64,000 nucleotides of DNA from positions 4,573 through 68,572 of the forward strand of contig JBIOKR010000005.1 in assembly GCA_044451945.1 (NCBI GenBank), given 5' to 3'. This document shows positions 20,075-29,017 of the stretch, one piece after another. Numbering within the stretch: the first letter of the stretch is position 1; each line of letters opens with the position of its first letter. Below the pieces are notes generated by a model. It did no database searches. It saw only the letters and a list, made by a program, of their open reading frames with translations, and was not told the DNA's origin. A program made the position numbers and the translations under genes. The stretch comes from Candidatus Lutacidiplasmatales archaeon. GTDB lineage: Archaea > Thermoplasmatota > Thermoplasmata > Lutacidiplasmatales > UBA184.

Positions 20075-22009
20075 TCACGCGAGGTTCATCTTGCGCAGCA
20101 GGAGCCGAAAACGTGGGTCCTTTGCGACGTGGGCGTGCATCGGGTCAAGGACCCAGTAGCGGGCGTTCACGTCGCGGCGCTCGAGCCCGCGCTCCAGCCA
20201 CACGAACAGCTCGTCGAGCTCGTTCAGGTGCGCGTAGACGTCGGCGAGGTCGGACTCCGAACGCAACCCTTCCGGCAGCTCCTCGAGCTTTCCCAGGATC
20301 TCCTTGGCCCGGGCCCTCTCCCCGATCGTGGCGTAGTAGACGGCGTAGTGCCCGAGGATCCACGGCTCCCCCGGGCGCAGCGCGTTGAGCCGGTCGATGG
20401 CGGGCAGGAGGTGGGTGAAGTCGGCGCGATGCAGGTAGTACAGGGCGAGCGCCGACTCGTAGAGCGAGCCGGCGGGGTCCGTCTTCGAGAGCGTCACGAG
20501 CTTCTGCCACGCCCGGTCGTACTGTCCAAGGTAGATCCACAGGGCGGTCTGGGAGGCCCCGATGACCGCTGAGTGGGGATCGGCCTCCTCCGCCAAGCCG
20601 AGCTCGCGCTCGGCCTCTTCGGCGCGCCCCTGGTCCTCCAGGAGGAGGGCGTAGGAGTGGTGGGCGACCGCGTTGCTCGGGTTCAACGAGACGGCGAGGC
20701 GGAACTCCTGCTCCGCCGGCCCGAACCGATAGTCGTCGTGCAGCACGAGACCGAGGGAGGCATGGGCCTCGGCCAGGTTCGGGTCGATCTCGACGGCGCG
20801 GGTCGCCAGGATGCGGCCACGTTCGCGGGCGAGCTCGGGGGCGATGTGCCGGTACCGGCCGAGTAGGCGCATCACATCCGCGAGCCCCGAGAGCGCCGCG
20901 GCGTTCAGCGGGTCGAGCGTCACCGCCCGCTCGAACTCGGCCTCCGCCCCTCTAAGCGCCTCCTTGGAGCGGTCGTTCAGAAGGGCCCGCCCCTTCAGGT
21001 AGGCGAGGTACGACTCGGGCCGCACGACCGGTCGCGAGGCAAGGCGGGCCTCCTCGCTCGCCCCGAGGTCGAGCCTAAGGTGCCCGGCGACGGCTTGGGC
21101 GATCTCGGCCTGGAGCGCGAGTACGTCGCCGAGCTCCCGGTCGTAGCTGCCGAGCGAGGTACTCTCCTGCGTCGAAACGTCGATCAGCTGCGCGTTGACC
21201 CTCAACCGGTTCCCTGATGTTCGGACGCTCCCCGAGAGGAGCGACGCCACCCCGAGCTCCGCGCCGATCTCGGCGGGATCCTTCGAGCTCGCCTTGTACT
21301 GCCGGACCGAGCCCGGCGCGATCACCCTCAGGTGGCGCAGCTGGCAGAGGACGCCGATGAGCTCCTCGGTGAGGCCGTCGGCGAAGTACTCGTCCTTTCC
21401 GTCCGCGCTGATGTTGACGAACGGCAGGACCGCGAGGCGCTGGGGGGCCGCCCGGGGGGCGCTCCCGGCCGCGCCCCGCGCCGGGAGTTTCAGGCGGTAG
21501 ACGTCCACGGGGACGAGCACGTTCTTGAGCGACCTCGGGTCGAGCTTCTCGAACCGCACGGCGATCTTGTTGCGGACCTGGTCGTACACCTGGCCGGAGA
21601 TGCACACCCCCCCGGGGTCGGCGAGCGGCTGCATCCGCGAGGCGACGTTCACCGCGTCCCCGAGGACGTCCTTCCCGGCGTGGACGACGTCGCCCAAGTG
21701 GATCCCGATGCGAAGCCGGAAGGGAGGGGCGGCCGGACCGTCTTCGCGAAGGCTCCGCTGGATCTCGATCGCGCAGGTCGTGGCCTCGAGCGCGCTGTCG
21801 AACTCCACGAGGAACGCATCGCCCATCGTCTTGACCTCTCGGCCGTGGAATCGGGGGAAGATCCTCCGCAGCCGGGCGTTGTGGTCCTCGAGGATGGAGA
21901 GCGCGGACGCCTCATCCGCCTGGGCCATGGCGGTGAATCCGACCATTTCGGTGAACATGATGGCGGCCAGACGGCGCTGCCGGTCGTCCACGGCGCCGGG
22001 AGCCGCCAC
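20075..22009 (-). CDS. Class III adenylate/guanylate cyclase domain + TolB-like domain + TPR repeats
   Basis: RRLAAIMFTEMVGFT, VKTMGDAFL, RIGIHLGDV, GDAVNVASR; then LAVLPFVNIS..DEYFADGLTEELI; then TPRs (AVTLDPLNA, AVEIDPNLAEAHASLG). Confidence 0.9.
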   Translation of the reverse strand: MAAPGAVDDRQRRLAAIMFTEMVGFTAMAQADEASALSILEDHNARLRRIFPRFHGREVKTMGDAFLVEFDSALEATTCAIEIQRSLREDGPAAPPFRLRIGIHLGDVVHAGKDVLGDAVNVASRMQPLADPGGVCISGQVYDQVRNKIAVRFEKLDPRSLKNVLVPVDVYRLKLPARGAAGSAPRAAPQRLAVLPFVNISADGKDEYFADGLTEELIGVLCQLRHLRVIAPGSVRQYKASSKDPAEIGAELGVASLLSGSVRTSGNRLRVNAQLIDVSTQESTSLGSYDRELGDVLALQAEIAQAVAGHLRLDLGASEEARLASRPVVRPESYLAYLKGRALLNDRSKEALRGAEAEFERAVTLDPLNAAALSGLADVMRLLGRYRHIAPELARERGRILATRAVEIDPNLAEAHASLGLVLHDDYRFGPAEQEFRLAVSLNPSNAVAHHSYALLLEDQGRAEEAERELGLAEEADPHSAVIGASQTALWIYLGQYDRAWQKLVTLSKTDPAGSLYESALALYYLHRADFTHLLPAIDRLNALRPGEPWILGHYAVYYATIGERARAKEILGKLEELPEGLRSESDLADVYAHLNELDELFVWLERGLERRDVNARYWVLDPMHAHVAKDPRFRLLLRKMNLA

Positions 22010-22015
22010 GCCCTG

Positions 22016-22954
22016 TTAATCCCTCGCGCCGTCGTCTTCCGAGGGGCTCCGGGGCGGCCGTCGGCCCCCTCGCGCGGGGGCCCGTCGACCCCCCGCCTTT
22101 CGGCGGCGCCGTCCCGGGGGCGACCCGGAAGCTCGCGAGGCGGGGGACGGGTCGGTCTCCCGCCGTGGGATCCTCAGGCGCTGCAGCGCGTCCTCGCTCA
22201 CATGGGAGGGAAGCGGGGGGACGAAGAGGGTGGCGACCGGGGCTACCGTCGCGCTCGCGAGACCTTCTATCGGAAGCCGTAGGATCGTCGGCCCCGCGAC
22301 GACGTAGGGCGACGCCTCGTAGAGCACCACTTCGTGCCTCGAGCCGTAGGCGTCCGACAACCGCTCTCCGAGGAATCGGAGCGCCGAAGCGATTCCCGAC
22401 GAGCGGTCGGGGCGGTAGTCGAGCACCCCGATGACCCCAACCTGCCAGAGGACGAGCGCGCTGGTCGGGTCGAACTTGCGGACATGGACCAGGAAATCGG
22501 TCGCCTCGAAGCTCTGGCAGCCGGAGCGCGCCGGATCCACACCGAGGTCGGCGAAAAGGCAATCCTCCGCGGAGATCGCCGGCAACATCTCGGCGCTGAG
22601 CCCCTCCTCCCGCGCGCGGCGGATCGCCTCGTGGGACGGATGGACGAAGACTCCGGGATGGCCGTAGAAGACGGCGCAGACCCGCTCGCCCGCGCGCACC
22701 GGGGACAGGATCCGGTCGACCATCCGACCGTACGCCACCGACCGGTCCTCGCCCGGCCGATAGGCGTCGCCCAACGACTCGGCGGTGGGTCGCAGCTTGC
22801 GGAGCCACGCCTCGGCGAGTCCGTCGGCCACCAGATAGAGGACCCGGTCGGCGTGCTGGATCTCGTGGCGCGCCTCCACACTCACGTGGCGCGCGGCCTT
22901 GATGCCGACGCCCACCACGATGAGGCGACCGGTCCTCGCCCGGGCCTGCCGCAC
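22016..22954 (-). CDS. Borosin-type peptide backbone alpha-N-methyltransferase (OphMA/SonM-like, TP_methylase fold)
   Basis: GRLIVVGVGI, ADRVLYLVAD, Y-x5-R-x3-Y (AYRPGEDRSVAY), VFYGHPGVFVHPSH, MLPAISAEDCLFADLGVDP, GCQSFEAT, LWQVG and VVLYEA. Confidence 0.92.
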   Translation of the reverse strand: MRQARARTGRLIVVGVGIKAARHVSVEARHEIQHADRVLYLVADGLAEAWLRKLRPTAESLGDAYRPGEDRSVAYGRMVDRILSPVRAGERVCAVFYGHPGVFVHPSHEAIRRAREEGLSAEMLPAISAEDCLFADLGVDPARSGCQSFEATDFLVHVRKFDPTSALVLWQVGVIGVLDYRPDRSSGIASALRFLGERLSDAYGSRHEVVLYEASPYVVAGPTILRLPIEGLASATVAPVATLFVPPLPSHVSEDALQRLRIPRRETDPSPASRASGSPPGRRRRKAGGRRAPARGGRRPPRSPSEDDGARD

Positions 22955-22984
22955 GGAGGACCCACCGGCGCCGTCCCTGCCGGG

Positions 22985-23227
22985 CTAATGCCCGCCGTGG
23001 TGCGTGATCTTGATGACGTGGGTGATGAACCAAGCGAGACCGACCGTGGGCTTGATGATCTCCCGGACCTCCGCGATGCTCCCGGAGAGGATGGCGTGGA
23101 TAGACCGCGGCGAAAGCCCGGCGCGCTTCATCACGGCCTCCGGGTCCTCTTTGTACTCCTCGAAGAGTTTCGGCTCGTCGGCGAGACGGGTCAGAAAATC
23201 GGTGACGCTCTTCGCTTCCGCATCCAC
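22985..23227 (-). CDS. Split-borosin precursor peptide (borosin-binding helical domain + C-terminal core)
   Basis: 80 aa. SVTDFLTRLADEPKLFEEYKEDPEAVMKRAGLSPRSIHAILSG is a LigA/BBD-like bundle, followed by VGLAWFITHVIKITHHGGH. Lies 30 nt upstream of the methyltransferase. Confidence 0.85.
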   Translation of the reverse strand: MDAEAKSVTDFLTRLADEPKLFEEYKEDPEAVMKRAGLSPRSIHAILSGSIAEVREIIKPTVGLAWFITHVIKITHHGGH

Positions 23228-23248
23228 GGGGGCCGGGACGAGGACTCG

Positions 23249-23265
23249 GTAAATAGAACTTTCCG
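23249..23265 (-). promoter_or_regulatory. Putative BRE/TATA promoter of the borosin operon (leaderless)
   Basis: Minus strand reads CGGAAAGTTCTATTTAC; the TATA-like part ends 22 nt before the GTG at 23227. Confidence 0.5.
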
Positions 23266-23403
23266 GGCCGACCTTGGATTGCCCTCCGGCGGGCGATAGG
23301 TTCGGTCGCAAGGAGCAGCGGGGGAACTGCCTGCGCAGGATCGGGCCGGGGATCGGTGGGTCCACGGAAACGCTATTGGCCCGTTTGCCCCGTAGCCCGA
23401 GCG

Positions 23404-23673
23404 ATGCTCTCCTGCCCGTTCTGCGGGGCGCCCGAGACGGCCCGCCTGGATCTCGAAGGGAGCCGGTTCCTGGTGTTCGGCTGTCAATTCACCCCCAAGG
23501 TCGACCCGTCGTGGACCGACCCCGAGCTCGCCCAGCACCTGAAGAGCGATTTCCCCGCCACCGGGAGCGAGTACTTCCGGGGAGTGTGTGACCGCCTGCA
23601 CCTCTACGTGACGCGGGGGGCGGGCGGCCGCGAACTCCAGGGCTCCCCAGCCGTTCCGCGCGATCCGTCGTAG
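23404..23673 (+). CDS. Small Zn-ribbon-like hypothetical protein
   Basis: MLSCPFCGAPE...FGCQF...VCDRLH. Confidence 0.7.
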   Translation: MLSCPFCGAPETARLDLEGSRFLVFGCQFTPKVDPSWTDPELAQHLKSDFPATGSEYFRGVCDRLHLYVTRGAGGRELQGSPAVPRDPS

Positions 23674-24205
23674 TCCCCGTCCGGCCGCGAGGTTTCGACC
23701 TCTGGCCGGCAAAGAGGCCCGGTGGTTGGCGAGAGGACCGTCTCGACCCCTTTCGCCGCCGAGGTCGCGGGGCGGGCTGCCCCCGACGGCCGGGGTTCCC
23801 TCGCGCCCGCCGCACCGGGACGAGCGCCTCCGCCTCGATCTCGACCACCAATTCCTCCGAGATCAGCCGGGAGACCTCCACCATCGTGGTCGCCGGTCGG
23901 GCGGCTCCGAACACCTCGGCGTGCGCCCTTCCCACCGGCTCCCAGGCACGGATGTCGGTCACGAAGATCCGGGTCCGCACCACGTCCTCGGCCCCCGCCC
24001 CGAGCTCCCGGAGCGCCTTCAGGAGGTTGGCGATCGCCTGCCGGGTCTGCCGGTACGGGGCCCGCGTCGCGATCGGTCGCCCGTCCTCTCCGGTCGCCGT
24101 GGTACCCGATACGTACACGTGCTCCCCCGCACGGATCGCCCGGGAGTAACCGACCTGGGATTCCCACGGGGTACCGCTCGTTACCCGAACTCTTCGGGCG
24201 GCCAT
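23489..24205 (-). CDS. RidA/YjgF family protein with a long Arg-rich read-through tail
   Basis: SGTPWESQVGYSRA, VSGTT, DVVRTRIFV, RPATTMVEV and VEIEAEA. The domain ends near 23820 and the ORF continues to 23489. Confidence 0.8.
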   Translation of the reverse strand: MAARRVRVTSGTPWESQVGYSRAIRAGEHVYVSGTTATGEDGRPIATRAPYRQTRQAIANLLKALRELGAGAEDVVRTRIFVTDIRAWEPVGRAHAEVFGAARPATTMVEVSRLISEELVVEIEAEALVPVRRARGNPGRRGQPAPRPRRRKGSRRSSRQPPGLFAGQRSKPRGRTGTTTDRAERLGSPGVRGRPPPASRRGAGGHTLPGSTRSRWRGNRSSGAGRARGRSTTGRPWG

Positions 24206-24210
24206 CGGGT

Positions 24211-25098
24211 CTACGTCGGCACGGCGACCTGGCCGATCTTGGCGAGGGCGCTGTCGGTGGAGACGAGGTGCCGGGGGAGCCCGAGCTCCTGCGGGGTGGC
24301 GCCGAGTGCGAGCCCGACCAGTTGGGCCAGGTGGAAGACCGGCATGTCGATCGGCTCTCCGACCTCCTTGGCCGCCGGCTTCTGGAAGGAGTCGAGCGAG
24401 ATGTGGCAGAGTGGGCAGGGGGTCGCCATCGCATGGGCCCCATGGGCGGCGGCGTCCAGGAGTTGCTTTCCCGCGATCCGGTTCGCCGTCTCCGCCTTGA
24501 CGAACAGTACCGGAAACCCGCAGCACATCACGCGACCCCGGTACATCACGGGGGTCGCCCCGAGGGCGGTGATCAGGTCCTCGAAGGAGTGCGGCTCCTC
24601 TGCGCTCTCCGAGCCGAGCTCGTCCGCGGGTCGCAACAAGTGGCAGCCGTAGAAGGCGCCGACCTTGAGCCCGGTGAGCGGGCGGCGCACCTTCGCGCGG
24701 ATCGCCTCCGCCCCGATCGTCTGCGTCAGCACGCTCAAGAGGTGGTTCACGCGCGTCGTTCCCCGGTAGCTCACTCCGATCTGGGCGAGCGCCGGGTCGA
24801 CCTTGGCGCGGACTTCGGGCCGGGCGAGGCGGTGGTTCGCGAGCGAGAGCATTCCCTGGCAGGTCGAGCAGACCGTCAGGAGGTCGAGGCCCGCCTTCTC
24901 GGCGAACGCCAGGTTCCGGGCGTTCAGGGCGAGGTTGAGCGTCTCGTTCGCCTCGTCCATGAACCCCGAGCCGCAGCAGGAGAATCCCGGAAAATCGACG
25001 AGCTCGATCCCGAGCTTCTGGCAGACCCAGCGCGTCGACATGTCGAGCTCCTTGCCCGACTCCTTCGCGACGCACCCGGGGTAGTAGGCGAGCTTCAC
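24211..25098 (-). CDS. CCG-domain HdrB-like subunit of succinate dehydrogenase (SdhE/SdhC type)
   Basis: AYYPGC, SCCG, CSTC, FYGCHLLRP, MCCG and CPLCH. GTGA overlap with sdhB. Confidence 0.9.
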   Translation of the reverse strand: MKLAYYPGCVAKESGKELDMSTRWVCQKLGIELVDFPGFSCCGSGFMDEANETLNLALNARNLAFAEKAGLDLLTVCSTCQGMLSLANHRLARPEVRAKVDPALAQIGVSYRGTTRVNHLLSVLTQTIGAEAIRAKVRRPLTGLKVGAFYGCHLLRPADELGSESAEEPHSFEDLITALGATPVMYRGRVMCCGFPVLFVKAETANRIAGKQLLDAAAHGAHAMATPCPLCHISLDSFQKPAAKEVGEPIDMPVFHLAQLVGLALGATPQELGLPRHLVSTDSALAKIGQVAVPT

Positions 25099-26072
25099 GG
25101 CGACCCCTCCGGGGGCTTGTCGAGGAGCTCGTAGAGCTTCTGGACCTCCTCGACCCCCTCGATCGGATGGGGCTTCTTGAGCAGCTCCGGCTTCTTGCGG
25201 GCGATCCGAAGCCCCTGCGGCAGCTGGCCGAGCATCTCCAGGGGGTTGTACGTCTGGCGGACGAGCTTCATCTCGTTGAGCTGGCCCGCGTCGCGGATGT
25301 TGTCCTTGAATCCGACCGCATGCCGGGAGCCGTGCTCCGAGCCTCCCTGGACGGCGATCGCCATCTCCTTGAGGTCCCGGATCCGCTCGGAGGGCCGGAC
25401 CCCCTTCGGGCACGCCTCGGTGCACAGATGGCATCGCAGGCACAGCCAGAGCCCGTCGGTCTGGATCTTGACGAGCCGCTCCCGACGGCCGCCGTCGCGC
25501 GGGTCGACAACGAACCGGTAGAGCTTGGCGAGCGCCATCGGTCCGGGGAAGGAGGGGTCGCTCTCCACGGCCGGGCAGGCGGAGTAGCAGGCGCCGCAGG
25601 CGATGCACCGAGGGGTCTCGTGGAACCGGTCGACCTGTTCGGGCGTCATCGGGTTCTCCCGCCCCTCGGGCATCGGGTGCTCCGGGTCGGGGATCAGGTG
25701 GGGCTCGAGCCGCCGGTAGCGGTTCCAGAACGGCGCCGTCTCGACGACGAGGTCCCTTAGGATCGGCTGGTTGCGCATCGGGTCGATGACGATCCGGCCG
25801 TGCCGGGCTAGCTCGGGGCCGATCGGCGTCTGGCAGGCGAGCCGGCTCTTCGAGTTGATCACCATCGCGCAGGAGCCGCAGATCGCGCTCCGGCACGAGT
25901 AGCGCATCGTGAGGCTCGGGTCCATCTCGGAGCGGACCTTGAGAAGGGCGGTCAGGACCGGGGTGTGCGGCGGCAGCTCGAGCGTGAACTTGTCGTAGCG
26001 CGGCGACTTGTCCCGGGACGGGTCGAACCGGTAGACCTCGAACGGGGCGCTGACGCTCGCCTCTTCGACCAT
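25095..26072 (-). CDS. sdhB: Succinate dehydrogenase / fumarate reductase iron-sulfur subunit
   Basis: SCRSAICGSC, LAC, CIACGACYSACP and CLRCHLCTEACP. Confidence 0.93.
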   Translation of the reverse strand: MVEEASVSAPFEVYRFDPSRDKSPRYDKFTLELPPHTPVLTALLKVRSEMDPSLTMRYSCRSAICGSCAMVINSKSRLACQTPIGPELARHGRIVIDPMRNQPILRDLVVETAPFWNRYRRLEPHLIPDPEHPMPEGRENPMTPEQVDRFHETPRCIACGACYSACPAVESDPSFPGPMALAKLYRFVVDPRDGGRRERLVKIQTDGLWLCLRCHLCTEACPKGVRPSERIRDLKEMAIAVQGGSEHGSRHAVGFKDNIRDAGQLNEMKLVRQTYNPLEMLGQLPQGLRIARKKPELLKKPHPIEGVEEVQKLYELLDKPPEGSP

Positions 26073-27745
26073 CAGTACACCCGCTCCTTCGGCTCCCAGC
26101 GGGTGTAGGCGACCGGAGCGTAGGAGATCGTGGGGCCGTCCGCGGTGTAGCGGGCGAGCGTGTGCTTCATCCAGTTCGCGTCGTCGCGCTTCGGGTAGTC
26201 GACGCGCGTGTGGGCGCCGCGGCTCTCGGTGCGGGCGATCGCACCCACGCAGATCACCTCCGCGAGGTCGAGCATGTGGCCGGTCTCGAAGGCGTCGGTC
26301 AGGTTGATGTTGTAGACCTTCGAACGGTCGACGACCCGCACCTTGGCGAAGCGCTGTTGGAGCGCCCGGATCTTCGAGAGCGCCTCGGTGAGCTCCTCGG
26401 GCCGCCGGTAGATGCCGACGAGCCGGTCCATCGTCGTCTGCATCTCCGTGCGAAGGTGCTGGGGCTCCTCCCCTTCCACCCGTGCGCTCATCGCGTGGAT
26501 CGCCGTCTTGGCGGCGTCGAGCTGGGCAGTTCCGACCGTCGGCTCGGCGGCGTGACGGGCGTGCTCGGCCGCGGCGATGCCGGCCTGCTTACCGAAGACG
26601 AGGGTCTCCAGGAGCGAGTTCCCGCCCAGGCGGTTCGCGCCGTGGATCGAGACGCAGGCGGCCTCCCCGGCGGCGTAGAGTCCTGGGATGTTCGTCTCCC
26701 CCCTCGCGTTCGTCCCGATGCCCCCCATGATGTAGTGCTGCGCCGGCATGATCGGGATCGGTTCGGTGACCGGGTCGACGCCCGCGAACGTCCGGCAGAA
26801 GTCGCAGATCTCCTGGAGGCGGCTTTCGATCCGCTCCTTGCCGAGGTGCATGAGCTCGAGGTGGACGTAGCCTCCGGGGAATCCGCGGCCCTCCTTGACC
26901 TCGGTGACGATCGAGCGCGATACGACGTCCCGCGAGGCGAGGTCGAGGACGTGGGGGGCGTACTTGCTCATGAACCGCTCCCCGAGCCGGTTCTTCAGGA
27001 TCCCGCCTTCGCCCCGGGCTCCCTCGGTGATCAGGATCTTCGATTCGAGCAGCGCGGTCGGGTGGAACTGGACGAACTCCATGTCCTTGAGGAGCGCGCC
27101 GGCCCGGTACGCGGCCGCGATCCCGTCGCCCGTGCAGCTGTGCGCGTTCGTCGTCGCCCCGTAGATTCGGCCGGCCGGGCCCGTGGCGAGCACCACCGAC
27201 TTTGCAGCGATCGACTCCACCTCGCCGTTCTGCCGGTCGTAGACGATCACTCCCTGGGCCCGTCCGTCCGCGACGACGACCTCGGTAAGGTCCCACTCCT
27301 CGTAGACCGTCAACTCCTCGGTCCCGAGGCGCTCGTAGAGGGCCTGCAGTAGGGCGAGACCGGTGCGGTCGGCGGCGTAGATCGTGCGCGGGAATCCGGC
27401 GCCACCGAACGGCCGACGGGCGAGCGATCCGTCCGGAGCGCGGCTGAAGATGGTGCCGAAATGCTCCATCTCGACAACCGTCGGGCCGGCCTCGCGACAG
27501 AAGAACTCGATCGCGTCCTGGTCGCCGAGGTAGTCCGAACCCTTCACCGTGTCGTAGATGTGGGTGTCGACGGAGTCTTCCTTCCCGACCGCCGCGTTGA
27601 TCCCGCCCTGGGCGGCGCCGGAGTGCGAGCGCAGTGGATGCAGCTTCGAGACGAGAGCGACCTCGGCTCCGGCTTCGACCGCCGCGAGTGCGGCACGCTG
27701 TCCGGCGAGCCCGGCCCCCACGACCACGACCTCGTGCCGCAGCAT
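26072..27745 (-). CDS. sdhA: Succinate dehydrogenase / fumarate reductase flavoprotein subunit
   Basis: [46 protein letters not shown] and ESRGAH. Confidence 0.95.
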   Translation of the reverse strand: MLRHEVVVVGAGLAGQRAALAAVEAGAEVALVSKLHPLRSHSGAAQGGINAAVGKEDSVDTHIYDTVKGSDYLGDQDAIEFFCREAGPTVVEMEHFGTIFSRAPDGSLARRPFGGAGFPRTIYAADRTGLALLQALYERLGTEELTVYEEWDLTEVVVADGRAQGVIVYDRQNGEVESIAAKSVVLATGPAGRIYGATTNAHSCTGDGIAAAYRAGALLKDMEFVQFHPTALLESKILITEGARGEGGILKNRLGERFMSKYAPHVLDLASRDVVSRSIVTEVKEGRGFPGGYVHLELMHLGKERIESRLQEICDFCRTFAGVDPVTEPIPIMPAQHYIMGGIGTNARGETNIPGLYAAGEAACVSIHGANRLGGNSLLETLVFGKQAGIAAAEHARHAAEPTVGTAQLDAAKTAIHAMSARVEGEEPQHLRTEMQTTMDRLVGIYRRPEELTEALSKIRALQQRFAKVRVVDRSKVYNINLTDAFETGHMLDLAEVICVGAIARTESRGAHTRVDYPKRDDANWMKHTLARYTADGPTISYAPVAYTRWEPKERVY

Positions 27746-27993
27746 GCGCGGACCCCCCGACACTTGCGACTGCTTAATCCCTCGCGCCCCGGAGCCGGGA
27801 CGAGGCGAACCCTCACGCCCGTCAGTGACGGGCGCTAGGCACGGAGTCGCAGGGCGGTCGCTCGTCGACCCGCGGCGCCCCCCCCGGAACGCCGGGGGAT
27901 CTCGCTACGATCCGCCGGAGGAGTGTTGAACACTGCTATCTACCCGACCGCCCCGTCGACTCCGGCCGGCGTCTCTCGGCACCAGGTGGCCGC

Positions 27994-28893
27994 TTGGACT
28001 CAGCGCATTACCGATTCGAACGCCTCTCGGAGCACGTGACGTTCGCTCGCTCCCGACCGGAGGGGGGCGCGCTCTCCAACTCGGCCCTGGTCGACCTCGG
28101 TGGAGAGACCCTGGTGTTCGACACCTCGCTCACCCCGCAAGCCGCTCAGGACCTATGCCACGCGGCCGCCGAGGTGACCGGGCGCGCGCCCTCGCTCGCG
28201 GCGAACAGCCACTGGCATCTCGACCATACCTTGGGAAACCAGGCGTTCACGGCCGTCCCGACGTACGGGACGCAACGAACGCGGGAGATCCTCCGGGAGA
28301 AGCTCGGCGAGCTTTCGACGCAGATCAGTGTCCCAGTGCTGGAGAAGCGCGTCGGGGAGCTCGAGGAGATGCTCGCGCGGTCGCCCCCCGGCGCGGTTCG
28401 TATGTACCTTCGCGGGGTGCTCGGCACCAATCGCTGGCTGCTCGACGCCGCCCCCACCCTGCGGATCGTTCCCCCGAATCACGGCTTCCAAGGAAAAGTA
28501 CGCCTCCCGGGAAGCCGGCACGCGGAGCTGGTGAGCTTCGGTGGCGGCCATACGGAAAGCGACGCCCTGTTGTACCTTCCCGACGACGGGCTCCTCGCCA
28601 CCGGGGACCTCGTCGTCGTGGAGACCCACCCCAACGTGCGGTCCGGCGACGCCGAGCAGTGGCTCGGAATCCTCCGTCGCATGGAGCAGCTTCGACCCGA
28701 ACGGGTGGTCCCCGGGCACGGACCGGTCGGCGGGCCCGAGGCGATCGAGGCGGTCCGCGACTATCTCAGCACACTGCTCAAGCTCGCGCAGGGATTCGGG
28801 CCGGTGGATATTCCACCGCGATTCGCCGGTTGGGCGATGGCCGACCAGTTCGAGGGGAACGTGGAGTTCCTGCGCTCCCAACGCTCGCGATGA
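27994..28893 (+). CDS. Metallo-beta-lactamase-fold hydrolase
   Basis: NSHWHLDHTLG, GHTESD, TGDL and VPGHG. Confidence 0.85.
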   Translation: MDSAHYRFERLSEHVTFARSRPEGGALSNSALVDLGGETLVFDTSLTPQAAQDLCHAAAEVTGRAPSLAANSHWHLDHTLGNQAFTAVPTYGTQRTREILREKLGELSTQISVPVLEKRVGELEEMLARSPPGAVRMYLRGVLGTNRWLLDAAPTLRIVPPNHGFQGKVRLPGSRHAELVSFGGGHTESDALLYLPDDGLLATGDLVVVETHPNVRSGDAEQWLGILRRMEQLRPERVVPGHGPVGGPEAIEAVRDYLSTLLKLAQGFGPVDIPPRFAGWAMADQFEGNVEFLRSQRSR

Positions 28894-28973
28894 ACCGCCC
28901 CGGCCGGGGTACGGGCCGACGCACCCGTTCCGCGCCGAAACTCGGTAGAGGGAGCGTAAGCCGTCCGCGAGCG

Positions 28974-28981
28974 CTTATATA
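28974..28981 (+). promoter_or_regulatory. TATA box upstream of psmB
   Basis: CTTATATA in an otherwise GC-rich intergenic region. Confidence 0.55.
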
Positions 28982-29017
28982 GCGACCCCAAGTCACCCGT
29001 TCGATTTTCCGGGCTGA

